The position numbers were made by a program, and so were the translations under genes. 64,000 nt of DNA from an uncultured virus (IMG/VR IMGVR_UViG_3300009432_000017) (Duplodnaviria; Heunggongvirae; Uroviricota; Caudoviricetes; Schitoviridae), in IMG/VR virus record IMGVR_UViG_3300009432_000017. One strand, given 5' to 3'. The stretch's first letter is position 1. Each line of letters starts with the position of its first letter. The notes below the pieces were generated by a model. It was given only the letters and a program-made list of their open reading frames with translations. It made no database searches and was not told the DNA's origin. This document shows, piece by piece, positions 6,747-16,449 of this stretch.

Positions 6747-9125
6747 ATGACAATCATTAGAAACATTATACAGCCAATTATCAGGCCAATTATCAGCCGC
6801 GTGTTATTTATCCGTGACCTCGTTGACCTAGTTGAAATTTACACTAGAACTCTAGTATACCTAGACGGAGTGGAGTCAAACACCCATTACAGATTGGCTA
6901 AGCCTTGGACGGCTGCGGGTAATTTTGAGGTTGAGTTTGACTTTGCCACTACCTCGGTAGCCCAAGAATATATTGCGGAAGGTTCGGGCGGGGGTTTTAT
7001 CAGGATTACATCAGGTCAGATTGTAATGAGACCTATTACGGGTGCGCCATTTCTTTCTATTGAAGTAAAGGTTAATGATGGCGCTTTAAATACCTTAAAA
7101 CTTGTTGCGGGCGTTTCGGGTGCATCGGTATATATAAATGGTGTTTTTATCAAAAGTGATTTACAAGATTGGACTACCTTTGACTTAAGTTACTTAGGTA
7201 GGAGGGCGGCGGGCAGCTACTTCAAAGGCAATATATCAAACGTAAAACTAACAGACGTTGACACACCATCAAACACCTTAAAGTTCGTATTAAACGAACT
7301 TACAAAAATGTACGAACTGCATGCTAATAACGTTTTTGGGCCGGAGTTATGGGATTACGGGGTGATTTCCACAGACGCAGATATCAACGCATATGCGTTG
7401 TTTGCGGGAGATTATAGTGGAAACTTTGAGGCGGATGAGTGTTACGTAGCAGAGGTATCGTGGACAAACTTAACAGGCAGGATAAAGTTTAATGCAGGTG
7501 ACGGTAATTTTACTACTGATGTTGTATCTGGCGATACAGGATCAGCAACGTTCCCGTTAAAATTCTTGAGCGGTGGCAACCCAAGATTAAATGTGATGGA
7601 GCTATCAGAGGACCACAGTAAAGCCGATGCTATTACCATGTCAGTCCGTAAAGTAAGTAACTTCATAACATATGAAAACATAGCACTAGAGGAACGACAG
7701 GTCTACACGGTAGCAGATGGCGTATTGGTTGGTCCTGAAGCTTGGGAGTATTCAAGTGGCTGGACACCACTCGGCAATGGTCAATATCAGGGAGGTGCGG
7801 GTTCGATGTTCGGAAATGTATCGGTACTAACAGACGGTGCTACGTATCAAATGCAAGCTAAATACATTTCAGAAGATACAATAACTGGCAATCTTAAAGC
7901 TCGTATTGATGGTGATATTAAAAATTTATGGTCTCCAAACGCTGGTGTTTTTGGTGACGTGTACACTGCGAATGTGACAGCAAACTTGGGAGGGTCAATT
8001 AGGTTCTTTTCAGACGTTGGCACAGCTTCAATGATTGTTGGTGATTTATCAGTAAAACGAATAATAAACATAGCGGAGCAGTACGTAGCACCCGAGGTTG
8101 TTACTAGAACCCTAATAACCCTAGACGGAGCTGAGTCAAACAGCTATTACAAGCTAAGTGCGCCAATTACGTTTGCGGGTGATTTTGAGATTGAGATTGA
8201 TTACCAACTAACTGTATTAACTGACAGTCATGCATTTTGCGGTGGCACAGGCAATGATTTGTTTAGGGTTGATGGTGCATCCAACACTATGTTATATCGC
8301 ATTGGAAACAGTACCTACACAACCACAGGCGCATACACTGAGGATTCAAAATTAAACACCGCTAAGATGGTGCGAACAGGTGGGACAATTAAGGTTTACA
8401 GAAATAATGTAGAGATAGGTTCAAGTTCAGTAGCCGTGGTGGATTGGAGTGTTTTTGAACTCGGGAAAAGATATATATACGACTTCTTCAAAGGCAGTAT
8501 ATCAAACGTAAAACTTACAAATATTACAACATCAAACACATTAGAGTTCGAGTTAAACGAACTTACAAAAATGTACGAACTACCTGTTAATAACGTTTTT
8601 GGTGACGAAGAAGTGGGCAACAATACTTTCGCAGACACGACAGGTTGGTATGCACCAAGAACTTCTTCCACCATCAGCATAGTTAGCGGAAAGCTCAGGT
8701 CTACAGCGGATGGAACAGGTACATTTGGGGCTGCTATAGAGCTAACAGGGCTAATTGAGGGCGAGTGGTATCTATACACTGGTACAGCCACATCTAGTAA
8801 CCCAGACGCAATTGTTAGGCTTAGAATTGGAGAATCATCTAACCTACAGATTGTTCTACTTGACGAAGTAAGAGAGGGCAGTGTCTCAGTCGACCAGCCA
8901 TTTGTTGCAACCGCCACAACTATGTACGTGGGGACAATAGTAACAGGGCATATTGCGGGGGATTATGTCGATATTGATGCAGGTATAAGCTTTAAATCGG
9001 TAGCAAACTTCATAGCATATGAAAACATAGCACCAACGCCAGAGGTAAGAGAGGTCTACACGGTAGCAGATGGTGTGTTGGTTGGAGATGACAGAACAAT
9101 AATCATAGCGGAGCAAGCATCATGA
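6747..9125 (+). CDS. LamG/concanavalin-A-like repeat virion fibre protein with an internal duplication
   Basis: Two copies of LDGxESN...F(A)GxFE...FKGxISNVKL...LNELTKMYEL; beta-rich. Confidence 0.7.
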   Translation: MTIIRNIIQPIIRPIISRVLFIRDLVDLVEIYTRTLVYLDGVESNTHYRLAKPWTAAGNFEVEFDFATTSVAQEYIAEGSGGGFIRITSGQIVMRPITGAPFLSIEVKVNDGALNTLKLVAGVSGASVYINGVFIKSDLQDWTTFDLSYLGRRAAGSYFKGNISNVKLTDVDTPSNTLKFVLNELTKMYELHANNVFGPELWDYGVISTDADINAYALFAGDYSGNFEADECYVAEVSWTNLTGRIKFNAGDGNFTTDVVSGDTGSATFPLKFLSGGNPRLNVMELSEDHSKADAITMSVRKVSNFITYENIALEERQVYTVADGVLVGPEAWEYSSGWTPLGNGQYQGGAGSMFGNVSVLTDGATYQMQAKYISEDTITGNLKARIDGDIKNLWSPNAGVFGDVYTANVTANLGGSIRFFSDVGTASMIVGDLSVKRIINIAEQYVAPEVVTRTLITLDGAESNSYYKLSAPITFAGDFEIEIDYQLTVLTDSHAFCGGTGNDLFRVDGASNTMLYRIGNSTYTTTGAYTEDSKLNTAKMVRTGGTIKVYRNNVEIGSSSVAVVDWSVFELGKRYIYDFFKGSISNVKLTNITTSNTLEFELNELTKMYELPVNNVFGDEEVGNNTFADTTGWYAPRTSSTISIVSGKLRSTADGTGTFGAAIELTGLIEGEWYLYTGTATSSNPDAIVRLRIGESSNLQIVLLDEVREGSVSVDQPFVATATTMYVGTIVTGHIAGDYVDIDAGISFKSVANFIAYENIAPTPEVREVYTVADGVLVGDDRTIIIAEQAS

Positions 9126-9505
9126 ACAACATATGGTACGTTTATGTTAAAGGTTACGAACCGGATGCGCTTGAGTTTAAATATCCGAATCGAGCGCAGC
9201 ACCCACCTAAAAATGAAGATGGGACCGACCCAGAGGGGGTCATCCTACTTCTTTATGTAGAGGGTTTAGAGGATGTTACAGGACACGCACCAGAGCTAGT
9301 CCTAGAACTATTCCGCGAGGGTTTAAACCACCCATTTGACGAGGAAGGTACAGGGCTAACTCTGGAAGAATTAGTCTCACGATTTGAGGGATTGATATCG
9401 GATGAACCACAGCCACCCACCTCAGCAGAAGTGCAGATCTTAAAGTCACAGGGGCGTCTAATCTATAAGTTGAAATTTAAAATAGAAGGGCCACTCAATG
9501 TCTAG
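9122..9505 (+). CDS. Hypothetical acidic protein
   Basis: ATGA overlap with the fibre gene; 127 aa. Confidence 0.75.
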   Translation: MNNIWYVYVKGYEPDALEFKYPNRAQHPPKNEDGTDPEGVILLLYVEGLEDVTGHAPELVLELFREGLNHPFDEEGTGLTLEELVSRFEGLISDEPQPPTSAEVQILKSQGRLIYKLKFKIEGPLNV

Positions 9506-9626
9506 GATGCACAGTACTGATCTGCTGACAGTAAACTGGCGTTCAACGGTGTGGATAAGTAAAGTGCAAGCTGATTATATTTACGAAACAAGATTTAAAC
9601 CAATAGACGAGGCGATAGAACTATGA
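9498..9626 (+). CDS. Possible 42-aa ORF (not in ORF track)
   Basis: Fills the gap exactly, overlaps both neighbours (ATGA at 9623); KVQADYIYETRFK resembles the end of the upstream protein (KSQGRLIYKLKFK). Confidence 0.35.
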   Translation: MSRMHSTDLLTVNWRSTVWISKVQADYIYETRFKPIDEAIEL

Positions 9627-9844
9627 AAGCACTATTAGGTAACCTGCCTTTTACTAACATTAGTAAATTTAGTATTGAGGCAGAAGGGGGCAGTGCACAA
9701 CTACAGTTTCAGTTGTCCACAGGGGCATACGTTGACTTAGCGGACTACGTGTACACATCGAATACCCAGGTAGTAATGACCCCACTTAGAGGGTTCAAAT
9801 ACCAGTGGATTCTTACTAACGCAAAAGTGTTTACAGAAGCTTAA
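9623..9844 (+). CDS. Small beta-rich virion protein (possible capsid-spike base)
   Basis: 73 aa, GAGG RBS, alternating beta pattern. Confidence 0.6.
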   Translation: MKALLGNLPFTNISKFSIEAEGGSAQLQFQLSTGAYVDLADYVYTSNTQVVMTPLRGFKYQWILTNAKVFTEA

Positions 9845-9859
9845 CTCAGTAGGTACCTC

Positions 9860-10564
9860 ATGCTTTTATCAGAAATATTTTCTTATTTATCCTACGGTGA
9901 ATTATCTCAGTACGAGATAGGTACCGGTAATGACGGTGTGATAAGTGAATTAGATTTCCCTAGAGTAACCTCACTAGTTAACAGGGGATTAATACAGTTA
10001 CACACTAAGTTGCCTTTACGATTAGAGCAGGTATTAGTTGAAACTAATCATGCGGATCCAAGGTACATGCTTAGTAGCAAATTTGCTGCAAGTAACCTCA
10101 CCAGTACTGCAAGTGTAAAGTACATTAAAGACATCGCTTATCCGTTTCAGGATAATGTCATAAAGATAGAGCAAGTCTTCAAGTCAGACGATGCAGAGTT
10201 GTTTTTAAATGACTCCACGGATCCTGACACTGTATACACGCCAACTAAGAACACTATCCAGTTTGCTAACCCGTTCGATGGATTAGTTGCTGTGTTCTTT
10301 AGAGCTAACCACCCAATTCTAAGTATGTCACGAGGTATTGATCCTTCCGTAATTGAAGTGGACATTCCAGACAGTCTACTTGAGCCTCTAATCACTTTTG
10401 TATCAAGTAAGGTAGTTACGGCCAAAGGTGGTACCGATGGCTTACAAGCGGGTATGGCGCTTACAAATAGCTTTGAAACACAACTAATTGATTTAGCAGC
10501 ACAAGGTGTATTCAGCGTTGACTTCCCTAAACAAGAAAGAATTTGGAGAGATGGATGGGTTTAG
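9860..10564 (+). CDS. N4 gp67-like head-tail adaptor
   Basis: MLLSEIFSYLSYGELSQ start, DNVIKIEQV block, C-terminal GWV; N4 gene order. Confidence 0.8.
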   Translation: MLLSEIFSYLSYGELSQYEIGTGNDGVISELDFPRVTSLVNRGLIQLHTKLPLRLEQVLVETNHADPRYMLSSKFAASNLTSTASVKYIKDIAYPFQDNVIKIEQVFKSDDAELFLNDSTDPDTVYTPTKNTIQFANPFDGLVAVFFRANHPILSMSRGIDPSVIEVDIPDSLLEPLITFVSSKVVTAKGGTDGLQAGMALTNSFETQLIDLAAQGVFSVDFPKQERIWRDGWV

Positions 10565-10601
10565 CAACTGATTTTACCCTTAACGGTCACAGGTTAACTA
10601 T

Positions 10602-10898
10602 ATGATAGAAATTAATTGGGAAGCTTTTGGAGTACTACTAACTATAGCTTTAGCTTGTTTAGCAGGTATTACATTGCTAGTTAAGTTATTTTGGGGATGG
10701 AGAACAGCATCTGTAATTTCGCAACAAGAAAAAATGATGAAAGCTATTCTAGTAGTAGAGCTGGCTGGCACGGTTAGTAGAATAAAGCAACTCGAACTGG
10801 ACGTTAAAGAATCTGCAACAAAAAACATGGAGATGTCCCAAGCGTTCCATAGCGAGATAAGCAAAATACTTTACTTATTTACGGAGCGTGAAAAATGA
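10602..10898 (+). CDS. Single-pass membrane protein with coiled-coil tail (holin-like or membrane anchor)
   Basis: TM AFGVLLTIALACLAGITLLVKLFWGW; ATGA-coupled to the receiver gene. Confidence 0.7.
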   Translation: MIEINWEAFGVLLTIALACLAGITLLVKLFWGWRTASVISQQEKMMKAILVVELAGTVSRIKQLELDVKESATKNMEMSQAFHSEISKILYLFTEREK

Positions 10899-11350
10899 CA
10901 GGTCTCAAAGTAATGGTTGTTGAGGACAATGAGTTTGATATGCACGTTATTACTGAAGCCTTGAAGTACGCAAAAATTAATTACTTTGCATTAACTGACC
11001 CGAAAGAGGCGCTACAAAGGGCCATAGACGAGCAGCCAGGAATAGCCGTATTAGACATGTCTATGGCCAGTATGAACGGAAAGGCTTTATGCAAGGCGTT
11101 ACAGACTCACCCTGCCACTAGCCATATTAAGATCATATTTCTCACAGCATCTGACAGCATTGATGATGTATTGTTTGGGGTTAATGTCCACGCTGCGGCT
11201 TACTACAGAAAAGGTGTTCCCATGAAGGAGCTACTCAATAAAATAGTAACAATTGATTTTGCATCTAACTTACGCGAACGAGTTACTGAGTTCAGCCAGT
11301 ACAACAAGAACTTACTCCAGCGTTATGAGAATAGAGTAAACAGCCACTAG
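10895..11350 (+). CDS. Stand-alone response-regulator receiver (CheY-like) protein
   Basis: KVMVVEDN acidic pocket, AVLDMSM phospho-Asp, MNG, IIFLTA, YYRK; short helical tail. Confidence 0.9.
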   Translation: MTGLKVMVVEDNEFDMHVITEALKYAKINYFALTDPKEALQRAIDEQPGIAVLDMSMASMNGKALCKALQTHPATSHIKIIFLTASDSIDDVLFGVNVHAAAYYRKGVPMKELLNKIVTIDFASNLRERVTEFSQYNKNLLQRYENRVNSH

Positions 11351-11445
11351 GCGGTAGATATGTTACCTGCAAGCGTTGACAGCTACAGCTACAGGTACTA
11401 ATCAGATATCTTCTTTTGTAGTTAACTTCTAAAACAATACAACGC

Positions 11446-11479
11446 AAAAAGCACTACTTAATGGTGGTGCTTTTTTTTT
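11446..11479. terminator. Bidirectional intrinsic terminator
   Basis: AAAAA-GCACTAC...GGTGGTGC-TTTTTTTTT. Confidence 0.8.
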
Positions 11480-11488
11480 GTCTAAAAA

Positions 11489-11752
11489 TTAGTGGCTGTA
11501 GAGTGACTGGTTAGTTATCCATCCAGTGACGGAAGTTTCAGAAAGTAACCCTGCTTCTAACATCTCATTAATAGTTTTACATGTACCGTCTACAATCCAT
11601 TCACCATTGACCTGACAAGCAAGCTTGGTCTTTTTATTAATAGACATTAGTGCGTATTTACGAGGGTAATTCTTTTCTTTGAGCTTAACTAGATTGTGCA
11701 TACTTACTTGCCTTAATCTGCTTCCAGTGGTACGTATACTAAAGGTGTACAA
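11489..11752 (-). CDS. Hypothetical protein between two terminators
   Basis: 87-aa ORF, non-ATG start, no clear RBS. Confidence 0.35.
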   Translation of the reverse strand: MYTFSIRTTGSRLRQVSMHNLVKLKEKNYPRKYALMSINKKTKLACQVNGEWIVDGTCKTINEMLEAGLLSETSVTGWITNQSLYSH

Positions 11753-11764
11753 ATAATAGTCAAT

Positions 11765-11789
11765 AAAAAGCCACTTAATGTGGCTTTTT
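11765..11789. terminator. Bidirectional terminator after the holin
   Basis: AAAAAGCCAC-TTAAT-GTGGCTTTTT. Confidence 0.8.
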
Positions 11790-11804
11790 ATTATTAAATA
11801 TTTT

Positions 11805-12194
11805 TTACTTTTTAAAAGTTTGTATAGACTTTTCTATGGAGCGTCCTGCTACATAACCTCCTAAACCCATTTGTAATAATGTCCAGGCTTCTGGTGCAAG
11901 TGGGTTAGCAAGCCAACCAAAACTATCAAATACTACTAAACCTAAGAAAGTGAGCATTGTAATAGGTCGCCAGTTCCGTTGCATCCCGCTTTGGCCATTG
12001 GATTCTGCGTTGATAATAGATGTCTGAGACTGAAGTAATTTAGTTTCATACTCTATAAGTTTTGAGTGCATCTCATTTTGGATAACTGTTAGTTTATTTT
12101 TTAGTGCTAATTTTTCTTCTGTACTGGTGTGCACATCATCAATTAGTTTAGCTGCTGGTTCAAATATACCTGCTATAATGTTCATGATGCTCAT
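11805..12194 (-). CDS. Holin, 3TM (GTA-type) family
   Basis: KLIDDVHTSTEEK...AES...RNWRP...LGGYVAGRSIEK; ATGA-coupled to the endolysin. Confidence 0.85.
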   Translation of the reverse strand: MSIMNIIAGIFEPAAKLIDDVHTSTEEKLALKNKLTVIQNEMHSKLIEYETKLLQSQTSIINAESNGQSGMQRNWRPITMLTFLGLVVFDSFGWLANPLAPEAWTLLQMGLGGYVAGRSIEKSIQTFKK

Positions 12195-12631
12195 AGCTTT
12201 GCACTCCAATCCCAGTAATCCTTAAGGTATTTTTCTGCAGTAGCCTTACCAGTACGATTCCAGTAAGCCTTACAATAAAGTGCTGTGTTTATGTCACCTT
12301 TAGGTAGTGGATTAGTATCCATAAGAAGGTAGTGGCGAGACACCCATATACCATATTCATCATCTTCTTCTAACAAAAAGAAGTCTCTGTGTATGTCGTG
12401 CAGCTCTGCGCGTTTATGTATAGTGTCTGAATTGTCCCATATAGAGTCATGGGTAACTTTCTCTATTTGCTGTAAGCCTCTTGCTGGCCCACCTCCTACT
12501 TGCCGTCTGTATTTACCTTGGGCAGACTCATGCGCGGTAATCATACAAATAGTGGTTACTGCTTCCGGTGAGTACAGATCCCACTTACGTAAGAGAGTCT
12601 GAACAGTGTCTGTAAACTGGGTGTATTTCAT
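12191..12631 (-). CDS. Putative endolysin (lysozyme-like fold)
   Basis: AHES...GGGPARGLQQIE..T, YCKAYWN...GK; start ATG 12631 with AGGA RBS; adjacent to the holin. Confidence 0.75.
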   Translation of the reverse strand: MKYTQFTDTVQTLLRKWDLYSPEAVTTICMITAHESAQGKYRRQVGGGPARGLQQIEKVTHDSIWDNSDTIHKRAELHDIHRDFFLLEEDDEYGIWVSRHYLLMDTNPLPKGDINTALYCKAYWNRTGKATAEKYLKDYWDWSAKL

Positions 12632-12718
12632 AGATGTTCCTTGGTTTAGGTAGGACAAATTAAACACACAAGTTAATACGGATGATTTGGCTGTATGTGT
12701 TTAGGTAATGTAAAGTCC

Positions 12719-12746
12719 TTGTATAGACTTTAATTGGTGTCATAAT
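12719..12746 (+). promoter_or_regulatory. Possible sigma70 late promoter for the tail-fibre operon
   Basis: TTGTAT-N16-CATAAT with TGn extended -10, in the divergent intergenic region. Confidence 0.35.
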
Positions 12747-12844
12747 ACGCAAAAGAAGATGCAATGTCTCCTTGATCCAATTTAAAGAGCTAACAACTCG
12801 ACCCGTCTAAAATCCCCGCTAGTTACTAACCCCTTGAGGTTACA

Positions 12845-13180
12845 ATGAAGTCATTAAGTAAAATATATACAAATACTAATTACCCTTTGGTAATAACCTA
12901 CAGAGACACAAACTCTGCGCCTATTGATATAACAGGTGCCACAGCAGTTTTTGTTGTACGTAGAACACTACAATCCACTCCAGTAATTAACGTAGCTGGA
13001 ACTATTGATGGAGCCAATGGAAAAATAACTTTTGATGTGACTCCAGAAGATACTGCAGGAGTTTTAAGTGATAGTGATTCAGAGAAATTTATCTGTGGCT
13101 GTGTATTAGATCTTACAGGAGAGAAGATACACTTGTTCCAGACGACCATATATATAGAACGTAGTGCTACTGAAGGTTAG
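12845..13180 (+). CDS. BppU-N-like Ig adaptor for tail fibre
   Basis: PIDITGATAVFVV...IDGANGKITFDVTPEDT pattern. Confidence 0.65.
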   Translation: MKSLSKIYTNTNYPLVITYRDTNSAPIDITGATAVFVVRRTLQSTPVINVAGTIDGANGKITFDVTPEDTAGVLSDSDSEKFICGCVLDLTGEKIHLFQTTIYIERSATEG

Positions 13181-13186
13181 ATAATT

Positions 13187-15349
13187 ATGCCCCATAATGT
13201 AAATTCAGATGGGCCTGTAACTATCATTTCCACAGACCATACGGTAGTAGTTACGGAGTCAGTAAGTGAAGTAAGTATACAGTCTCAAGCTGGCCTTACA
13301 ATAACTGCCCCAAGCCAAGAAATCACCATATACGAGCAAAGACCTTTATTGGTAATTGATCCAGGTAAAGAAGGCAGTAACCCTTACTTTGATAAGTCTC
13401 CTTCACTTATGGTTATCTCAGGTATTGCTGCCATACGTGGTTTGGTAAAAGTAGATCTATCATGGGTTGAGCAAGATAACTCTGACTACCATAGCCATAC
13501 GGAAGTTTGGAGAGGAACGGTAGATAACATTAATGGGGCAATCTGCGTAGGCGATAGCCGCACGCAGTCTTTCACAGATACAATAGAACCAGAATTAAAT
13601 TACTACTATTGGCTTAGGGCTGTAACCTTTGTAGGAAATAAGAGTGAGTTCTTTGGTAGTCACAGTGTAAGTTCTAGCTTAGACAGTGAAACCTTAAAGA
13701 ACTTTTTAAACATAGATGATTTGTATAATCAACTGGCCCAATTGGAAATAGACCTTAGAGCTGAGCTAGCTCTTTTAGCCAGTAATGTTGATACAAATTC
13801 TGCTAATGATTACACCGCACTAACCAATATAATAAATACAAACTTTGCTTTAATTACAGACAACATAATTAGTACTAGTAACACCCTTGGTTTACAAAAC
13901 AGTAAATCTTATGCCGGTATACAAGACCAACTTACGCTACTCATAAATGAAAATATAGCATTCGTAAATACCGTCAGTACGCTCACTGCAAGTCTTACTT
14001 CTGAAGGCGCTACACGAGCTGCAGAAATAGAAACTATCAACACAGCCTATGCAAGTTTAAATAGTGCATTGGCTTCTACTACCACATCTTTGCAAGCCAG
14101 TATTGCTAATGAGAAAGCTATACTAGAAGCACTCATCACTGCTGAGAACGTTGCTAGGGTAAATGAAAATCTAGTCTTGGCCAGTACAGTAACATCCCTT
14201 AGCTCACAGATTGATGATGAGGTAGCAAACAGAACTGCAGCTATTGACGCTGAGCGCACTACACGGGTTACTAATGAGAGTGCAACTGCAACACTAGTAA
14301 ACACATTATCTTCTGGCTTTGTGACTGCAGAGAGCACTCTCAATGCGCGTATAACCAATACAGATAATACTAGAGCCAGCGAAGACAGCACTTTAGCAAC
14401 AAGCATTGCTGATCTTAATACTACATTTAATGGTTTGTTTGGTACTACCTCTGCAGATGTAGCTGCCCTTACATCAGCACTATCAGACGAAGCAGGTTCT
14501 AGAGGTCTTTACGAGCTAGACGCTACAGCAAGATTTGAAGGTATAGAAGGGGTTGTAACTGCTCAAGGTGGGTTAATCATTGATGTAGCTACAAAAGCTG
14601 ATGGTACTGCTACCGCACTAGCTGAGTTAACAGCATCCATAGCCAGTGATGGAGACGCTGCAGCAGCTATAGTAAGGCTAGATGCACTTGATGATGTAGT
14701 AGATGGTCTATCAGCAAGAGCTGTGTTTGGTACTGATATAAACGGTAACTTTACAGGTATTACTGTAGAGGGTAGTACTGACCGTAGTTCAGTATCATTT
14801 GATGCTACTGAGTTCTCACTACGTGATGGTGCTACACAGGCGCTTTATTACTCAGGAGGTGTGTGGAACTTTAAAGGTATTTTACGCCTCAGTGATGGTA
14901 CTAGTCTTGATACTGCAGCAGATATTGTAGGTGCTCCTGGCCCTACACCTTCAGTTATTAAAGTAGATGACACGGTTACTATAGACAATGGTGTAGATGC
15001 ACCTGTAACTATTGTTGATGGTGCGTCGGTTTTGGTTACGCTAACAAGTGACCAAGGCCAGGCGTTTAAGAACAATGTAGGTGACGTAAAAACAATTACG
15101 GCAAATGTATTTATAGGTGGGGCTGAATCTGAAGATTATGCCAACTACATCTATAACTGGACGGCCAACAACCAACCCGTCTACGCAAGCAACTCAGGGA
15201 TCTACGCAGGACACGAACCTGGGTTTCAAACATATCTTGCAGATGGTGCCGATCCTTCGGGTATCAATCTGCGCTCAATTCAAATCACCCCTAGCGATGT
15301 AGAGTCAGGCATAAACCTGTTCCTGAACTGCGTCATATCTAATATCTAA
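13187..15349 (+). CDS. Tail fibre proximal subunit (FN3 domain, coiled coil, Ig-like C-terminus)
   Basis: LSW...TEVWR...YYYWLRAV FN3 motif; long Ala/Thr heptad region; DINGNFTGI as in J-like tail proteins. Confidence 0.8.
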   Translation: MPHNVNSDGPVTIISTDHTVVVTESVSEVSIQSQAGLTITAPSQEITIYEQRPLLVIDPGKEGSNPYFDKSPSLMVISGIAAIRGLVKVDLSWVEQDNSDYHSHTEVWRGTVDNINGAICVGDSRTQSFTDTIEPELNYYYWLRAVTFVGNKSEFFGSHSVSSSLDSETLKNFLNIDDLYNQLAQLEIDLRAELALLASNVDTNSANDYTALTNIINTNFALITDNIISTSNTLGLQNSKSYAGIQDQLTLLINENIAFVNTVSTLTASLTSEGATRAAEIETINTAYASLNSALASTTTSLQASIANEKAILEALITAENVARVNENLVLASTVTSLSSQIDDEVANRTAAIDAERTTRVTNESATATLVNTLSSGFVTAESTLNARITNTDNTRASEDSTLATSIADLNTTFNGLFGTTSADVAALTSALSDEAGSRGLYELDATARFEGIEGVVTAQGGLIIDVATKADGTATALAELTASIASDGDAAAAIVRLDALDDVVDGLSARAVFGTDINGNFTGITVEGSTDRSSVSFDATEFSLRDGATQALYYSGGVWNFKGILRLSDGTSLDTAADIVGAPGPTPSVIKVDDTVTIDNGVDAPVTIVDGASVLVTLTSDQGQAFKNNVGDVKTITANVFIGGAESEDYANYIYNWTANNQPVYASNSGIYAGHEPGFQTYLADGADPSGINLRSIQITPSDVESGINLFLNCVISNI

Positions 15350-15359
15350 AGGAAACATT

Positions 15360-16436
15360 ATGGCATCAAGAATTGCAACCGGAGCTATCACTCTACTAGA
15401 CGTAGCAGATGGCAACAACCCACTAGCTATTACATTGGGAAACCAATCACACATCTTTGCGGCAGATACGTTTGGAAAGATATCAGTAAGCGAACGAAAT
15501 GTATTTCGTAGTGAAGTGTTTGCCTTTGTAGGTTCAACCCGTGCAACGTATGACGCTACCGCAGTACCGGCAAACAACACATACAAAATAACAGGGATTA
15601 GCGAAACTGCGGGTTGGCAAGCGGTGAACACCCCTACGAATGTTGGTACGGGCGGTAACCAAGCAGTTATCACATGCAATGGCACCCCAGAAAACACCTC
15701 AAACAGAACAGGTACGGTTGACCTGAGTATTGACGTGAAAAACAGCGTAGGCAACGTCACCAGTGTTGTACTGACTATCACATGGTCAGTAATGATAGAA
15801 GGTGCGGGTGGCTCTGCGGTATGGCTAACACCGTCTCGTCTGACGTTCCAGTTTGATGAAACGGGAACGGATACAACTGATGGCTCTATTACGATAGATG
15901 TAGCCACTGCGGGTAACTTAGGTGGTTTAGAAGCAAAATATCTTTTAAATGGCACCTCAAATTGGGATACCGCACCTGAACTAATACAGGGAGGGGCAGC
16001 AAACAAAGCCTCTGCAATAGACATCAACGGAATAGGCGATAACGATAAGATTGTCATCACTGCGGCTAACTTTGGCACCGCAGACATCTTTAGTATACGA
16101 GTCAAAGGCGATGCGGGCGGTTCTGACACTATTAGCATCATTAAGATCAAAAACGGTAAAACAGGACGGTCTTCTTTATTTGTGAGTATCACCTCCAATA
16201 AAGATGGTTTTGCTTTTAAAAACAACAACGGCGAAGGCACCGCGAAAACACTTACGGCCAAGGTGTTCGATATGGTTGATGGTGCGGAAATTACCACCGC
16301 AAGTAGACTGGCTTATCGCTGGCAGAAAAATGGGGTCAACTTTGGAGGTACAGCCAAGACCCAAGTGGTCACTGCTGCTGATGTAAATGATAATGGTTCC
16401 GACCAATTTCAGTGTAACGTAACAGTGACAGACTAA
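15360..16436 (+). CDS. Tail fibre middle subunit (tandem Ig-like domains)
   Basis: AFKNN...KTLTAKVF...YRWQKNG...FQCNV; AAGGA RBS. Confidence 0.75.
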   Translation: MASRIATGAITLLDVADGNNPLAITLGNQSHIFAADTFGKISVSERNVFRSEVFAFVGSTRATYDATAVPANNTYKITGISETAGWQAVNTPTNVGTGGNQAVITCNGTPENTSNRTGTVDLSIDVKNSVGNVTSVVLTITWSVMIEGAGGSAVWLTPSRLTFQFDETGTDTTDGSITIDVATAGNLGGLEAKYLLNGTSNWDTAPELIQGGAANKASAIDINGIGDNDKIVITAANFGTADIFSIRVKGDAGGSDTISIIKIKNGKTGRSSLFVSITSNKDGFAFKNNNGEGTAKTLTAKVFDMVDGAEITTASRLAYRWQKNGVNFGGTAKTQVVTAADVNDNGSDQFQCNVTVTD

Positions 16437-16449
16437 GGGATAGGCACCA

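Noticed and set aside
6843..9081. Diversity-generating retroelement TR/VR pair
   Set aside because: Both copies are in-frame parts of one gene, differences are not adenine-specific, and no reverse transcriptase is present.
15305..16297. 330-aa antisense ORF, and the many shorter antisense ORFs inside vRNAP, portal, primase and fibre genes
   Set aside because: These are shadow frames of strongly biased coding sequence, with no RBS or recognisable motifs.
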